Part shown: positions 51,533-64,000 of the stretch, piece by piece | How the letters are laid out: each line of letters begins with the position of its first letter | Position numbering within the stretch: the stretch's first letter is position 1 | DNA from: Mobula hypostoma | Lineage: Eukaryota | DNA length: 64,000 nucleotides | NCBI RefSeq assembly: GCF_963921235.1 | Contig: NC_086097.1 | Location: 25,608,001-25,672,000 of the forward strand | Direction: 5' to 3' | Notes under the pieces: model-generated | The model's database searches: none | What the model was told of the DNA's origin: nothing | What the model saw: only the letters and a program-made list of their open reading frames with translations | Translations under genes and position numbers: made by a program

Positions 51533-53592
51533 TCATAGAAACATAGAAAATAGGTGCAGGAGTAGGCCATTCAACCCTTTGAGCCTGCACCGCCGTTCAG
51601 TATGATCATGGCTGATCATCCAACTCAGAACCCTGCACCAGCCTTCCCTCCATACCCCCAATCCCTTTTAGCCACAAGGGCCATATCTAACTCCCTCTTA
51701 AATATAGCCAGTGAACTGGCCTCAACTGTTTCCTGTGACAGAGAATTCCACAGATTCACCACTCTCTGTGTGAAGAAGTTTTTCCTAATCTCGGTCCTAA
51801 AAGGCTTCCCCTTTATCCTCAAACTGTGACCCCTCGTTCTGGACTACCTCAACATCGGGAACAATCTTCCTGCATCTAGCCTGTCCAATCCCTTTAGGAT
51901 TTTATACGTTTCAATCAGATCCCCCCTCAATCTTCTAAATTCCAGAGAGTATAAGCCTAGTTCATCCAGTCTTTCATCATATTAAAGTCCTGCCATCCCA
52001 GGAATCAATCTGGTGAACCTTCTTTGTACTCCCTCTATGGCAAAGATGTCTTTCCTCAGATTAGGGGACCAAAACTGCACACAATACTCCAGGTGTGGTC
52101 TCACCAAGGCCTTGTACAACTGCAGTAGTACCTCCCTGCTCCTGTACTCAAATCCTCTTGCTATAAATGCCAGCATACCATTCGCCTTTTTCACTACCTG
52201 CTGTACCTGCATGCCCACTTTCAATGACTGGTGTATAATGACACCCAGGTCTCGTTGCACCTCCCCTTTTCCTAATCGGCCACCATTCAGATAATAAACT
52301 GTTTTCCTGTTTTTGCCACCAAAGTGGATAACCTCACATTTATCCACATTAAATTGCATCTGCCATGAATTTGCCCACTCACTTAACCTATCCAAGTCAC
52401 CTTGCATCCTCTTAGCATCCTCCTCACAGCTAACACTGCCGCCCAGCTTCGTGTCATCCGCAAACTTGGAGATGCTGCATTTAATTCCCTCATCCAAGTC
52501 ATTAATATATATTGTAAACAACTGGGATCCCAGCACTGAGCCTTGCGGTATCCCACTAGTCACTGCCTGCCATTCTGAAAAGGTCCCGTTTATTCCCACT
52601 CTTTGCTTCCTGTCTGCCAACCAATTCTCTATCCACATTAATACCTTACCCCCAATACCGCGTGCTTTAAGTGTGCACACTAATCTCCTGTGTGGGACCT
52701 TGTCAAAAGCCTTTTGAAAATCCAAATATACCACATCCACTGGTTCTCCCCTATCCACTCTACCAGTTACATCCTCAAAAAATTCTATGAGATTCGTCAG
52801 ACATGATTTTCCTTTCACAAATCCATGCTGACTTTGTCCGATGATTTCACCACTTTCCAAATGTGCTGTTATCACATCTTTGATAACTGACTCTAGCAGT
52901 TTCCCCACCACCAATGTTAGGCGAACCGGTCTATAATTCCCTGGTTTCTCACTCCCTCCTTTTATAAAAAGTGGGGTTACATTAGCCACCTGCCAATCCT
53001 CAGGAACTAGTCCAGAACCTAAACAGTTTTGAAAAATTATCACTAATGCATCCACTATTTCTTGGGCTACTTCCTTAAGCACTCTGGGATGCAGACCATC
53101 TGGCCCTGGGGATTTATCTGCCTTCAATCCCTTCAATTTACCTAACACCACTTCCCTACTAACATGTATTTCCCTCAGTTCCTCCATCTCACTGGACCCT
53201 CTGTCCCCTACTATTTCTGGAAGATTATTTATGTCCTCCTTAGTGAAGACAGAACCAAAGTAATTATTCAGTTGGTCTGCCATGTCCTTGCTCCCCATAA
53301 TCAATTCACCTGTTTCCGTCTGTAGGGGACCTACATTTGTCTTAACCAATCTTTTTCTTTTCACATATCTGTAAAAGCTTTTACAGTCAGTTTTTATGTT
53401 CCCTGCCAGTTTTCTCTCATAATCTTTTTTCCCCTTCCTAATTAAGCCCTTTGTCCTCCTCTGCTGAACTCTGAATTTCTCCCAGTCCTCAGGTGAGCCA
53501 CTTTTTCTGGCTAATTTGTATGCTTCTTCTTTGGAATTGATACTATCCCTAATTTCCCTTGTCAGCCACGGGTGCACTACCTTCCTTGATTT
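51533..53592 (-). mobile_element. CR1 family B copy 2 (ORF2 3' two-thirds and tail)
   Basis: ORF 51982..53685 from VVHPWLT onward is highly similar to 43976-46026. Confidence 0.93.
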
Positions 53593-53951
53593 GAGGAGAG
53601 GGACAGTATGAGTGTGAGGGCAGTTTGTTGTTCTCGGTGCTGGATGTGGGAGGCCCTGGAGTCTCCAAGCCTCCCGGACGTCCACATCTGCGCCAGGTGC
53701 GCCGAGATGCAGCTCCTAAGGGACCGCGTTAGGGAACTGGAGCTGCAGCTCGATGACCTTCGTCTGGTCAGGAAGAGTGAGGAGTTGATAGAGAGGAGTT
53801 ACAGGCAGGTGGTCACACCGGGGCCACGGGAGGCAGACCAGTGGGTCACGGTTAGGAGGGGGAAGGGGAAGAGTCAGGTAACAGAGAGTACCCCGATGGC
53901 TGTGCCCCTTGACAATAGGTACTCCTGTTTGAGTACTGTTGAGGGGGACAG
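53593..53951 (+). mobile_element. CR1 ORF1 N-terminus (zinc finger and leucine zipper), inverted relative to the adjacent CR1 body
   Basis: MSVRAVCCSRCWMWE...HICARCAEMQLLRDRVRELELQLDDLR...VPLDNRYSCL. Confidence 0.85.
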
Positions 53952-55675
53952 GGTACAAAAGTTGAGTTGACAGGCGCTGAGGAGACCAGCGATCCCCAGT
54001 GATTCCCAGTCCTGGGTTAGAAGTCCGCATAGATGATGAGTCCCGGGTACAGGCAGGATCTAAGAGGGCCAGCAGCTCCCCATCCAGGTCACTGGACTTG
54101 GTGGTCCATATGAGTCTGGAAGTTAACCCGTGATTGGTGGGTGAAGCCAAAGGTTGAAGTCCAGAGCACAAAACGTCCAAACTAGTGGGGGCCAAGGTAT
54201 ACTTATTCAGGCTGGATAAAGTGGTCATGTTCATGTTCATGTTTCTGGACTCAAGACAGTCCTGAGGTAGACGCTCAGACCACTGCTGTAATGCTCTTTG
54301 TATTTGTGTCCCACACTTAAGTCTCCATCTGCAAGCCAGAGGGAGCACACCCCAACAAGTTCTATTGTTTATATTGTTTCAGTTATTCTAGTGAATGTAA
54401 TATTATTATGAGATTTTCTTCATCTGTAGGGATACCCATAAGTCTATGCATTCTTAACCCAGAGAAAGACCATACTCAAACAACAATTTAGTAGTAGCAG
54501 CAAGGCACATGAACCACCAAGGCATGAAAAACAAGTGTTTGTAAATGGGATTAGTATGGATGGTACAGGTTGATCAGCTTGGGCAAGATGTTCCAAACGC
54601 CCAGTTTCTGTACTGTATGACACAGGACTTAATTTGTTTTAATTAAATCAGAAAATAGAAACGGCATCATCTCTAAAAGCTAAAATCTATGAAAATGCTG
54701 CAACTCCAAACTTCCACAATGCTGAGTTAAATGAATTTTGTTCCAACTGACTTGTCCCATACTTGCAAGTACTTGATGATCCCTTTAACTAGTGTGGTTT
54801 ATTTCCTGCTGTTCAGAATTGATTTATTTTGTGTGGCTCACACCAAGTGTTAATTGCATACAGCCAAATCAATTTTACATGCGATGCTTCCACACATCAT
54901 CCTTGTATGCTTAAAGCGCAATTGAATATTTCATTATGTGCACTATATACAGTCAAGTTGTGATGTACAATCAACTTTGCATAAAAATTCAATCAGTTAG
55001 CACCATATTTGTTGCGACAGACAACAAAATTTCTAGGTCTATATTTTTAATGTCCTTATAATACTGATGAACATTAATGCCATTTGAATGGGTAAAATGT
55101 ACACTGAGCATCCTGTAAAATTAATATGTACCCCCATTACATGCTTTTTCATTACATAATAATGGCTACCCGTAGCAAAAAAGATGTACAATGTATAAAA
55201 TAAATTGGAGAGGCCTTGATCATTCAATTCCTTTCATACAATTACAACTTAGCTACAGTTTTACTATTCCCAAAGCTACAGCTTCCTGCAAGACAGAAAA
55301 TTATGCCAATGACATTGCATTACAAACCTTGTAACATGCACTTGTTAGCAAGCAAACCAAGCACATAATATTTTATTAAAGGCAAAGTAAGGCACGTCAG
55401 GTGTTGGTCTTCATAGCCTCAAAGCATCAGAGGTCAACAGTTCTCATCGCCAAGACCATTTCTATTAATATTTTAGAAAGGAAATATTCAAACAATAATA
55501 TCAATTGCTTGCCTTTCTTTTTGCCACTGCATAGTCTCACAATCAATTACCATTGGATTCAAAACACCTTTTACACTACAATATCATACTGATCAAAAAT
55601 TTCATTCTGAACTATACTCACTTATTCACCACATCAGTTCCTACCATACACTTTTGTACATGTATAGTCAAAACA

Positions 55676-56080
55676 TCTTCTCCGAGGATTGTTACCTTAT
55701 CATGCTGGAGAGGTTTGAGTTCCTGAGATCCCAAGAGTGATGTGGTCTGGAATTCTATCTGGTACTTGGCTTCTGGTAGGATTACACATGGCAGTAAGGT
55801 AAGGGGAGAGGTTCCAGACAAAGAGTGATCAAACCAAGATCTCAACAGTGGAGCTGTCAGAAGGCGATGACACAACATATCGGCAGTGATGACAGAGAAA
55901 GGCTGCAGCAGTGAAGGGTCTCTAATCACCCTACATTCCATGCCACTGGACCCTGATCCCGCTCAGTGAAGGACTGTGTGATGGCTGCCCATGTATCAAC
56001 CTCACCACGTAAAGCGAAGTCACACACAGGCATTCTCCATCAAGGGAATCCATCCTATCAACGTTGAGGACTCACCTAAA
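55676..56080 (+). mobile_element. RTE 5' UTR-like non-autonomous repeat (second partial copy at 56310-56590)
   Basis: GGATTGTTACCTTATCATGCTGGAGAGG...TTCCAGACAAAGAGTGATC, homologous to 21225-21597. Confidence 0.55.
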
Positions 56081-56701
56081 GAAAATCTATTTGGAGAGTA
56101 TCAAGCACAGCTCAAGTGATTGCACTACTGCTACAAGTCAAGATGTTCAAAGTAAAATCAAGATGTACAAATAGCAGCAGGAATTGTTCCAATCACTTTC
56201 CAATACATATGCTTGAGATTATTCATTACCATCACCATTGTTTAAATATGGATTTCTTCTCTGAAGGTCATCACTTTGTTGCTGTGGAGGTGTTAGTGAG
56301 TTCATAAGAACAATGCTGTCTGGAACTTAGCACCTGGTAGGGTCACCCATGGCTATAAGTTCAAGGGGAAGGTTCCAGAAAAAGAACAATCCAACCATGA
56401 TGTTAACAGTGGAGCTGGTGGACTATGATGTCACATCACAAAGGAAGTGAAGGTGGAGGAAAGCTACAACAGTGAACCCTGATCTCCATCTGTCAAAGGA
56501 CTGCAATGGCTGCCTGTGATAACCTGAAAATCTTCTCTCAGATTAAAAAAAATGTTAAACAAAGTCATACACGGGCATTCTCCATTCTCCATGAGGTGAA
56601 CAACACACTGGATTCAAGTGATTGCCTTACTACTAAATACAGTATGAATTTAAGTGTATTTATTAAATAATCTACTTGATCCAAAAATTATATCTTAATT
56701 T

Positions 56702-56800
56702 CAGTCCTGATGAAGGGTCTTAGCCTGAAATATTCACTGTTTACTCCTCTCTATAGATGCTGCCTGACCTGCTAAGTTCCTCCAGCATTTTGTCTTGTGT
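56702..56800 (+). mobile_element. Older PLE tail relic with a degenerate hammerhead
   Basis: CAGTCCTGATGAAGGGTCTTAGCCTGAAATATTCACTG followed by GATGCTGCCTGACCTGCT...TCCAGCATTTT. Confidence 0.75.
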
Positions 56801-59800
56801 AATCTAAAATCTTCCCTCTGTTTTAACCAGATTTTCTCCCAGTTTCTATATTTCCTATAGCAATATTTTTTCATATAATTTTTTTTTAAGTCTAAGAGAA
56901 GATTTCCAGGTTATCAGTCCTGATCTGGAAAACACAACAGTGACTGACTGCTCATTGTCATTTCATCTTAAGTGATTTAAGACAGCGTTCCCTTCATAAA
57001 TTGTGCTAACATCAATTCTCAAGTTCACACCATGCTGACACCACATGAGATTTTGATCTTTCATTGCATCTTGAATTCTTATTTCTGGTCTATCAGATCT
57101 TTGATTTCTCTTCTGTTTTGAAACAATGAGATTTAATGTAAAACATAGATTTTTATTATTCTATTTATAGAGGTCAGAGAGAGGAAGAAATCCCTATCAC
57201 ACATGCCAAAAGTTATTGATTACAACTGGGAGTAGCATAATCAGAAAGGTCAACTCCTCGAACAGCAAGTGAAGTATTACAATATTGTCTGCTAATTGGA
57301 GGCTAAGGCTTATTCAGGCTCTGTCTGCTAACCTTCAAGTACTTTGCCAAGTCAATAGTAAACAATCCCGACAGCTTGCACCATCCATTTCTATTGTACA
57401 TTGCTTGTAAGGGTAATGAGAAATCCTCTTTCCCTTCTCTGCACTTTATCCATTTATAAATCTGCTCAGTGACTACTCCAGGGAATATTAAACATCCATC
57501 TCCAATCCAATCTCCCACAGATTGTATACCACGATTACACAAATAAATGGTTTTGGTCTCACTCAACAACTGATCGGGATTATAGCTCCTCTGTGGTTAG
57601 TGACCTGACCAAACTATTTACTTTTTTATTTTATTCTTGCAGATTCTCTACTAGTTTCCCCTCCCTGCAGATACCACTCATAGTTCACATTCCAATTTAC
57701 TTATCACATGTACATTGAACATAAAGTGAAATGCACCCCTTACCTCTCTTCCTCTCTCCCAACCCCCCAGACACACACACACACAGTCCTCAACCCCTCA
57801 ACCCCAGGACAGGACTCCAGGCTTTGGCCATTGGACTATGACTTCCGGACTTCCAATCGACCTTCGATCTTTGGTTATCAACCACCAGAATAGCCAATTA
57901 GCCAATGATGGGACTCGCAGGTCAAAACTCCAAGAGTGCCTGGCCTTTTGAGCACAAAGCGGAGACCTTGACTCTGGATGCCCTTTGCTACCGGTCCAAG
58001 TCACTGGCCTTCAATCTGCAGAGCAGGGGTCTGACTCCATTCATACTCCATTGTTCCACAGATAGCAAGCACCATTCAGTATCTTGTTCGGGGGGCAAAT
58101 TTAGAAAGCCATACAGCATGGAAACAAGACATTTTGCCCAGCACGTCTATGCTAACCCAATGTTGCAGCACTTGGCCTAGACTCCAATGCCTAGGCAATT
58201 CAAGTGCTCAATTAAACATTTATGAATACTGTCAGTGACCCTGCCTACACCACTTTCTCGTTGGGCCTTAAGGGCCAGTTACCATGCTGTATCTCTAAAT
58301 AAAATATGAATGGGTACCTACTGATCAGTATGAAAGTGATGAGCTGAATGACCTGTTTTGAAGTTGCATAACCCTATTTTAATCAAGCCGTAGAACAGGC
58401 TCATTAGGTCGAATGATTTCTGCTGTTTCTGGCAAAGTTTGCACGAATAATTCCTCAGATATTTCTTTTAATCCATCCGCAGCATGAGAACATTACTGGC
58501 AAGGTCAGCATTTGTAGTCCATCCTTACTTAGCCGGAAACTGAGGGATAAGAATCAATCACAATGATGCTCTGGGGTCACTTACAGACCAGTCTAGGTAA
58601 AAATGATCAACTTGTTTCTGAAAGCCATTAGTGAAGCAGAAGGCTTTATATGACGACTGCTACTTTCATGGTTATTGTTAAGACTAGCTTATTTTTATTT
58701 CCAAACTTATTTAATTACTTAATTTTAAATTCCCCAGCTGCCATGGTTGGATTCAAACTCATGTTTCTGGCTCAGTGATCCGGAACTCTGGCTGCAAGTG
58801 CAATAGCTTAATAATACTATGTTCTTGTGTACGCACTAATCTGAATCAATGATAGAGTAGAGCACAGATTTCTTGTTTCAGAAATGAAACAAAAAGAAAC
58901 TAGAGTCCCTCAGCCGTTCATTAGGCTTAACATGAATTAGTAAAAGCTAGACATACGTACATTTTAAATGCATGGAGAATTTCTGCCTTCAAGTGATGAC
59001 ATTTGCACTCAATAGGTTCATTATGCCGATGGCATTTCAGTTGCTTGATGGAATGAAAATATATTTTTTATATATTAAAAAAAATTAACCTTTCTTCAGT
59101 TTACTAATTCAAAACCATGGGCAACCTACAACGATGTTTAAAAGTTTTATTTAAATGAGTTTATAAACTAGGATTGGGTGATATTATTTAGAAGGTCAAT
59201 CTCGATACAAGGGGATATACAGTCAATCCACGGATTATAGTGCAAACAAAAGCAAATTTCTGTAGGAACTTCTGCAGGTCCTCAGTCGGCATTTTGGGTT
59301 GAGATTGTTCATCTGGTCCAGAAACATTGACTGTCAATTTCCCTCCATAGATGCTGCCATACCCGAGGAGTTCCTCAAGCATTTTGTTTGTTGAGGCAGA
59401 GAGATAGTCAACATTTCAGATGCGAACATGCATCAGGAAAGAAATGACAATCATCCCTTGTGTCTCTACAGATGCTGCATGACTCACTGAGTTTTGCCAG
59501 CAGTTTGTTTTTTTTCCCCCCCCCCCCATTTATTTTTATTGAGATGCTCTTCTGGCCCAACAAACCCATGCCAGCCATGTGACTAATTAACTCACCAACC
59601 TGTAGTCTTTGGAGTGTGGGAGGAAACTGGAGCAACTGAAGAAAACCCACAAGGTCTTGAAGAGAACATAAAAATTCCTTACAGACAGCAGTGGAATTGA
59701 ACCCAGGTTGCTGGCACTGTAATAGCGTTATACTAACCCACCATACTGCCGTGCTGCTCCTCCAGAATCCAGCACCTACAGTCTCTGGTATCTCCACAAA

Positions 59801-60504
59801 TTATAATGCTGACTCTTAAGGATGGTTGATCTTTCTCTATTCCATTTCAGATGCCTGCTTCTCCAGCCATAACAAGCACCTTGTGAACTCAAGCAATAGC
59901 AAGGTTCATGGAAAGCTGGGGTTACATAAAGCCAAGAAACAAGAATAGAATGGTCACACATATGCTGCAGCTCTGAAATAAAAGTGGACAAGGCATGAAA
60001 TACACCACAGCTATAAGAAGCACTCTTAATAATGACTAATCTGTACAAAATTGTTAATCACCTATCAATTTAAGTACATTGGTTAGAATAACTAACAACT
60101 ATAAAAATACAAATGGAGATTGCAGTACAATGTGAATTATTTCCCATCTCAATAGAACATATGGCACAAAAGTTGGCAGAGTTGTGGATAGCGTGGAAGG
60201 TTGTTGTAAGTTGCAATAGAACATTGACAGGATGCAGAGCTGGGCTAACAAGAGGCAGATGGATTTCATTCCAGAAAAGTGCAGAGATTCACTTTGGAAG
60301 GTCAGATGTGAAGACAGAATATAGGATTAACGGTAGGATTCTCAGCAGTGTGGAGGAACAGAAAGATCATCAGATTCACACTCATAGATCCCTCAAAGCT
60401 ACGGGGTGGTTAAGAAAGCATATGACATGTTGTCGTTCATTAGTCGGGGGAATTGAATTCAAGAGCCACAAGATAATGTTGCAGATTTACTTGCATGTTT
60501 TACT

Positions 60505-62720
60505 GGTTTGAACCTCCCCACATTAGTTCAATGAGGTCTCCAGGGGGACCAATATCCTTGCCGGCAGGTTAGCTAGAGCTGTAGGAGAGGGTTTAAACTA
60601 ATTTGGCAGGGGTGTGGGAACCGGATGGAGCTGTTGGTTTACAAGCAGAGGCACTGTGTAGTGAGACTGTCATGAAGGATGTGCAGACGATAATTGCAGT
60701 CAGTGGGATGAGTTGCAGTGTAAAAGAGGGGTAAAATCTAAAAGTGTTGGATACAGGATTAAAGGTTTTATTTTTGAATGCACACAGTATGCAGAATAAA
60801 AAGATGATCTTATAGCTCAGTTAGAGATTGGCAGGTGTGACCTTGCAGGCACACTGAGTAGTCGCTGAAAGTAGATTATAGCTGGGAGCTCAACATCCAA
60901 GGATACACATTGTAACAAAAGGACTGGCAGGTAGGCAGAGGGGGTGGTGTGGCCCTGTTGGTAAAAGATTAAATCAATTCCTCTGAAAGAGGTGACATAG
61001 GATCTGAAGAGATAGAATCCTTGTCGGTAGAGTTAAGAAACTACAAGGGTAAAAAAAAAGGACACTGATGGGAGTTATATATAGGGCTCCAAACAGTAAC
61101 CACGATATGGGCTACAAGGGAGATAGAGAAGGCTTGTCAAAAGAGCAATGTTGCAATAATCGTGGGGAATTTCAATATGCAGGTAGATTGGGAAAATCAG
61201 GTTGGTGCTGGACCATGAGAATTTGTAGAATGCCTATAAAATGGCTGTTTAGAGCAGCTTGTGGTCAAGCCCAGTTGGGGATTGGCTATTCTGAATTTAG
61301 TATTCTGTAATGAACCAATTTTAATTAGGAAACTTAAGGTGGAGGAACCCTTAGGAGCCAGTGACCATAAAAAGACAGAATTTGAGAGGGAGAAGCTAAA
61401 GTCAGATGTATCAGTATTAAAGTGGAGTAAAGGGAATTACAGAGGCTCAAGAAAGTTGCTGGCCAAAGTTGATAGGGAAGGGACATTAGCAGGGCTGACA
61501 CCAGAGCAGCAATGGCTGGAGTTTCTGGGAGCAATTCAGAAGGCACAGGATAGATACATCCCAAAGAAGTAGTAGTATTCTAAAGGCAGGATGACAAGGG
61601 AAGTCAAAACCGACATAAAAGGAAACGAGAGGGCATATAATAGAGTAAAAATGAGTTGGAAATTACAGGATTGGGAAACTTTTAAAAACCAACAGAAGGC
61701 AACTAAAAAAGTCACTGGGGGTGGGGGGGGAGATGAAATATGAAGGTAAGCTAGCCGAGATTATCAAAGAGTATACCAATAGTTTTTTCAGATATATAAA
61801 GCCCCCTCCTTTACTCTCCGTATATCCATGACTGTGTCGTCACCCATAGCTCCAATCTGCTAATTAAATTTGCTGATGATACTACACTGATTGGCCTAAT
61901 CTCAAATAGTAATGAGGCAGCCTACAGAGAGGAAGTCATCACCCTGACACAGTGATGCTAAGAAAACAACCTCTCCCTCAATGTCGCAAAAACAAAGGAG
62001 CTGTTTGTGGACTACAGGAGGAATGGAGACAGGCTAGCCCCTATTGACATCAATGGATCTGGGGTTGAGAGAGTGAACACCTTTAAATTCCTCGGCATAC
62101 ACATCACTGGGAATCTCACATGGTCTGTACATACCAGCTGTGTGGTAAAAAAAAACAGCGCCTCTTTCACCTCAGACGGTTGAAGAAGTTTGGTATGGGC
62201 CCCCAGATCCTAAGAACTTTCTACAGGGGCACAATTGAGGACATCCTGACTGGCTGCATCACTGCCTGGTATGGGAACTGTACTTCTCTAAACCGCAGGA
62301 CCTTGCAGAGAGTGGTGCGGACAGCCCAGCGCATCTGTAGATGTGAACTTCCCACGATTCAGGACATTTACAAAGACAGGTGTGTAAAAAAGGCCTGAAC
62401 GATCGTTGGGGACCCGAGCCACCCCAACCACAAACTGTTCCAGCTGCTACCATCCGGGAAATGGTACCGCAGCATAATTCATGCTGACACAACTGTATTT
62501 CTATGTTATATTGTTGCACATACTGTTTATTATAAGTTACTATAAATTGCACATTGCACATTTAGATAGAGACATAACGTAAAGATTTTTACTCCTCATG
62601 TATATGAAGGAGCAAGTAATAAAGTCAACTCAATTCAATAAAGAGTAAAAGAGAGGTGAGTATTGATATTGGACCACTGGAAAATTATGCTGGAGAGGAA
62701 GGAATAGGGGACAAGGAAGG
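60505..62720 (+). mobile_element. Degraded CR1 (ORF1 end and endonuclease) interrupted by a Rex1-like element at 61801-62637
   Basis: GVIYRAPN and PLGASDH motifs. The insert has KFADDTTLIG and ILTGCITAWYG and ends AATAAAGTCAACTCAATTCA. The host FFRYIK|SKREV resumes after it. Confidence 0.8.
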
Positions 62721-63354
62721 ACATTATACTGTTGCATATTTAACTATATGTCATATATGCACTTTATGTTATTTGTGCATCTACAGAATATTTTTAAATT
62801 ATCTGTTAATTATTATTATGTTAATTTTATTTTATGTGCTGTCTGAGATATACCAGTACTGTGCTTTGCACGTTGGTCCCAGAGGAACACAGTTTCGTTT
62901 AGTGATACACGTGTATGTGAGTGACAATAAACTTGAACTTAATTTCTTCTCACTTCAGTCCCAAATGGCAATTTTTTTTTATTTTGAGACTGTTCTAGGC
63001 ATTGCACCTGCCATCCAACCTGTTATCTCCAGTATCATGAACCTTCACTGTGTTTCATCAACTGCTTCATCCCAAAGTCTTTAATTTTCAAATAAAACAC
63101 TGAACAAAACACACTGGCTGAACAGCACCAGATCAGAAACCATTAGTATGGCTTTCTGGGGAGAACACAGCGATGGGTGAAATTGGAACTGCTCTGCTGC
63201 ATGCCACATTTTAAATTAGGTCAATTTTTAATTTTGAATTTTACATGCATACATTTTTGCTAACCAAATTTGTTAAGGGTTCTGGGGCAAAAAGCAGGTA
63301 TATGCAGTTAGGTCAAATATCATGTGTGATCCTGTTAATAGTTTAACAATAACT

Positions 63355-63956
63355 GTCAATATCTCTGGGGACCGAACCTGGACAACCATATTGATGCAGG
63401 TATAAAGAAGGCAAGACAGCAGCTATATTTCATTAGGACTTTGAGAAGATTTGGTTTGTCACCTAAAACATTCGAAAACTTCTACAAATGTACTGTGAAG
63501 ATCACTCTGACTGGCTGCATCACTGTCTAGTAAGGCAAGTTACAGAAAGTTGTAAAATTAGTCGGCTTCATCATGGGTATTAGTCCCCATAGATCCTCAG
63601 GGAGCAGTGTCTCAGAAAGGTAGCATCCATTATTAAGGACCTACACCACCCAGGACATGCCCTCTTCTCATTGTTATCATCAGAAAGGAGGTACAGAAAC
63701 CTGAAGGAACTCAGCAATTCTAGAACAGCTTCTTCCCCTCTGCCATCCAATTTCTAAATGGGCATTGAACCTATGAACTCACTACTTTTTTTTATTTCTG
63801 TTTTTGCACTACTTATTTTAGCGTAACTAGTTATTATACATAGACACACTTACTGTAATTCGGTTATTTTCTATATTTATCATGTATTGCATTGCACTGA
63901 TGCTGCAAAGTTAACAAATTTCATGACATATGCTGGAGATATTAAACTTGATTCTA
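63355..63956 (+). mobile_element. Rex1/Babar-like 3' fragment
   Basis: Homologous to 18420-18990 and 48060-48600. Confidence 0.8.
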
Positions 63957-64000
63957 AATGACTCACATTTCTTGCTTTAAGGGTCAGTTCAAAGAGACAG

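Noticed and set aside
51982..53685. N-terminal extension of the 567-aa RT ORF
   Set aside because: It is the antisense of the inverted ORF1 piece.
57303..57569. 88-aa ORF in unique sequence
   Set aside because: Non-ATG start, no recognisable domain and no convincing splice sites.

Overview
Repeat-dense vertebrate intronic DNA, most likely from a cartilaginous fish (ray or shark; inferred from the HE1/V-SINE-like, CR1, Rex1/Babar and Penelope content). The only host coding sequence I can support is two small phase-0 exons on the minus strand (25438-25518 and 5066-5140), which translate to consecutive coiled-coil segments resembling CEP128. The rest is nested transposons: CR1 LINEs of at least two young families, Rex1/Babar-like LINEs, RTE fragments, a solo LTR, a Tc1 relic, tRNA-derived SINEs and many Neptune-type Penelope-like elements (PLEs). 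The PLE system is the most striking. Each 3' pseudo-LTR carries a minimal type I hammerhead ribozyme whose helix III is the palindrome ACGT, so it should fold only as a dimer. Five of six TSD-bounded insertions have two arms in opposite orientation, ranging from 2.8 kb down to about 160-220 bp ribozyme-centred palindromes. One has iterated 40-bp copies at its inversion junction. Two independent CR1 insertions share the same nonsense and frameshift lesions, suggesting a defective master mobilised in trans. Family assignments come from motif recognition and recall; no database searches were run.
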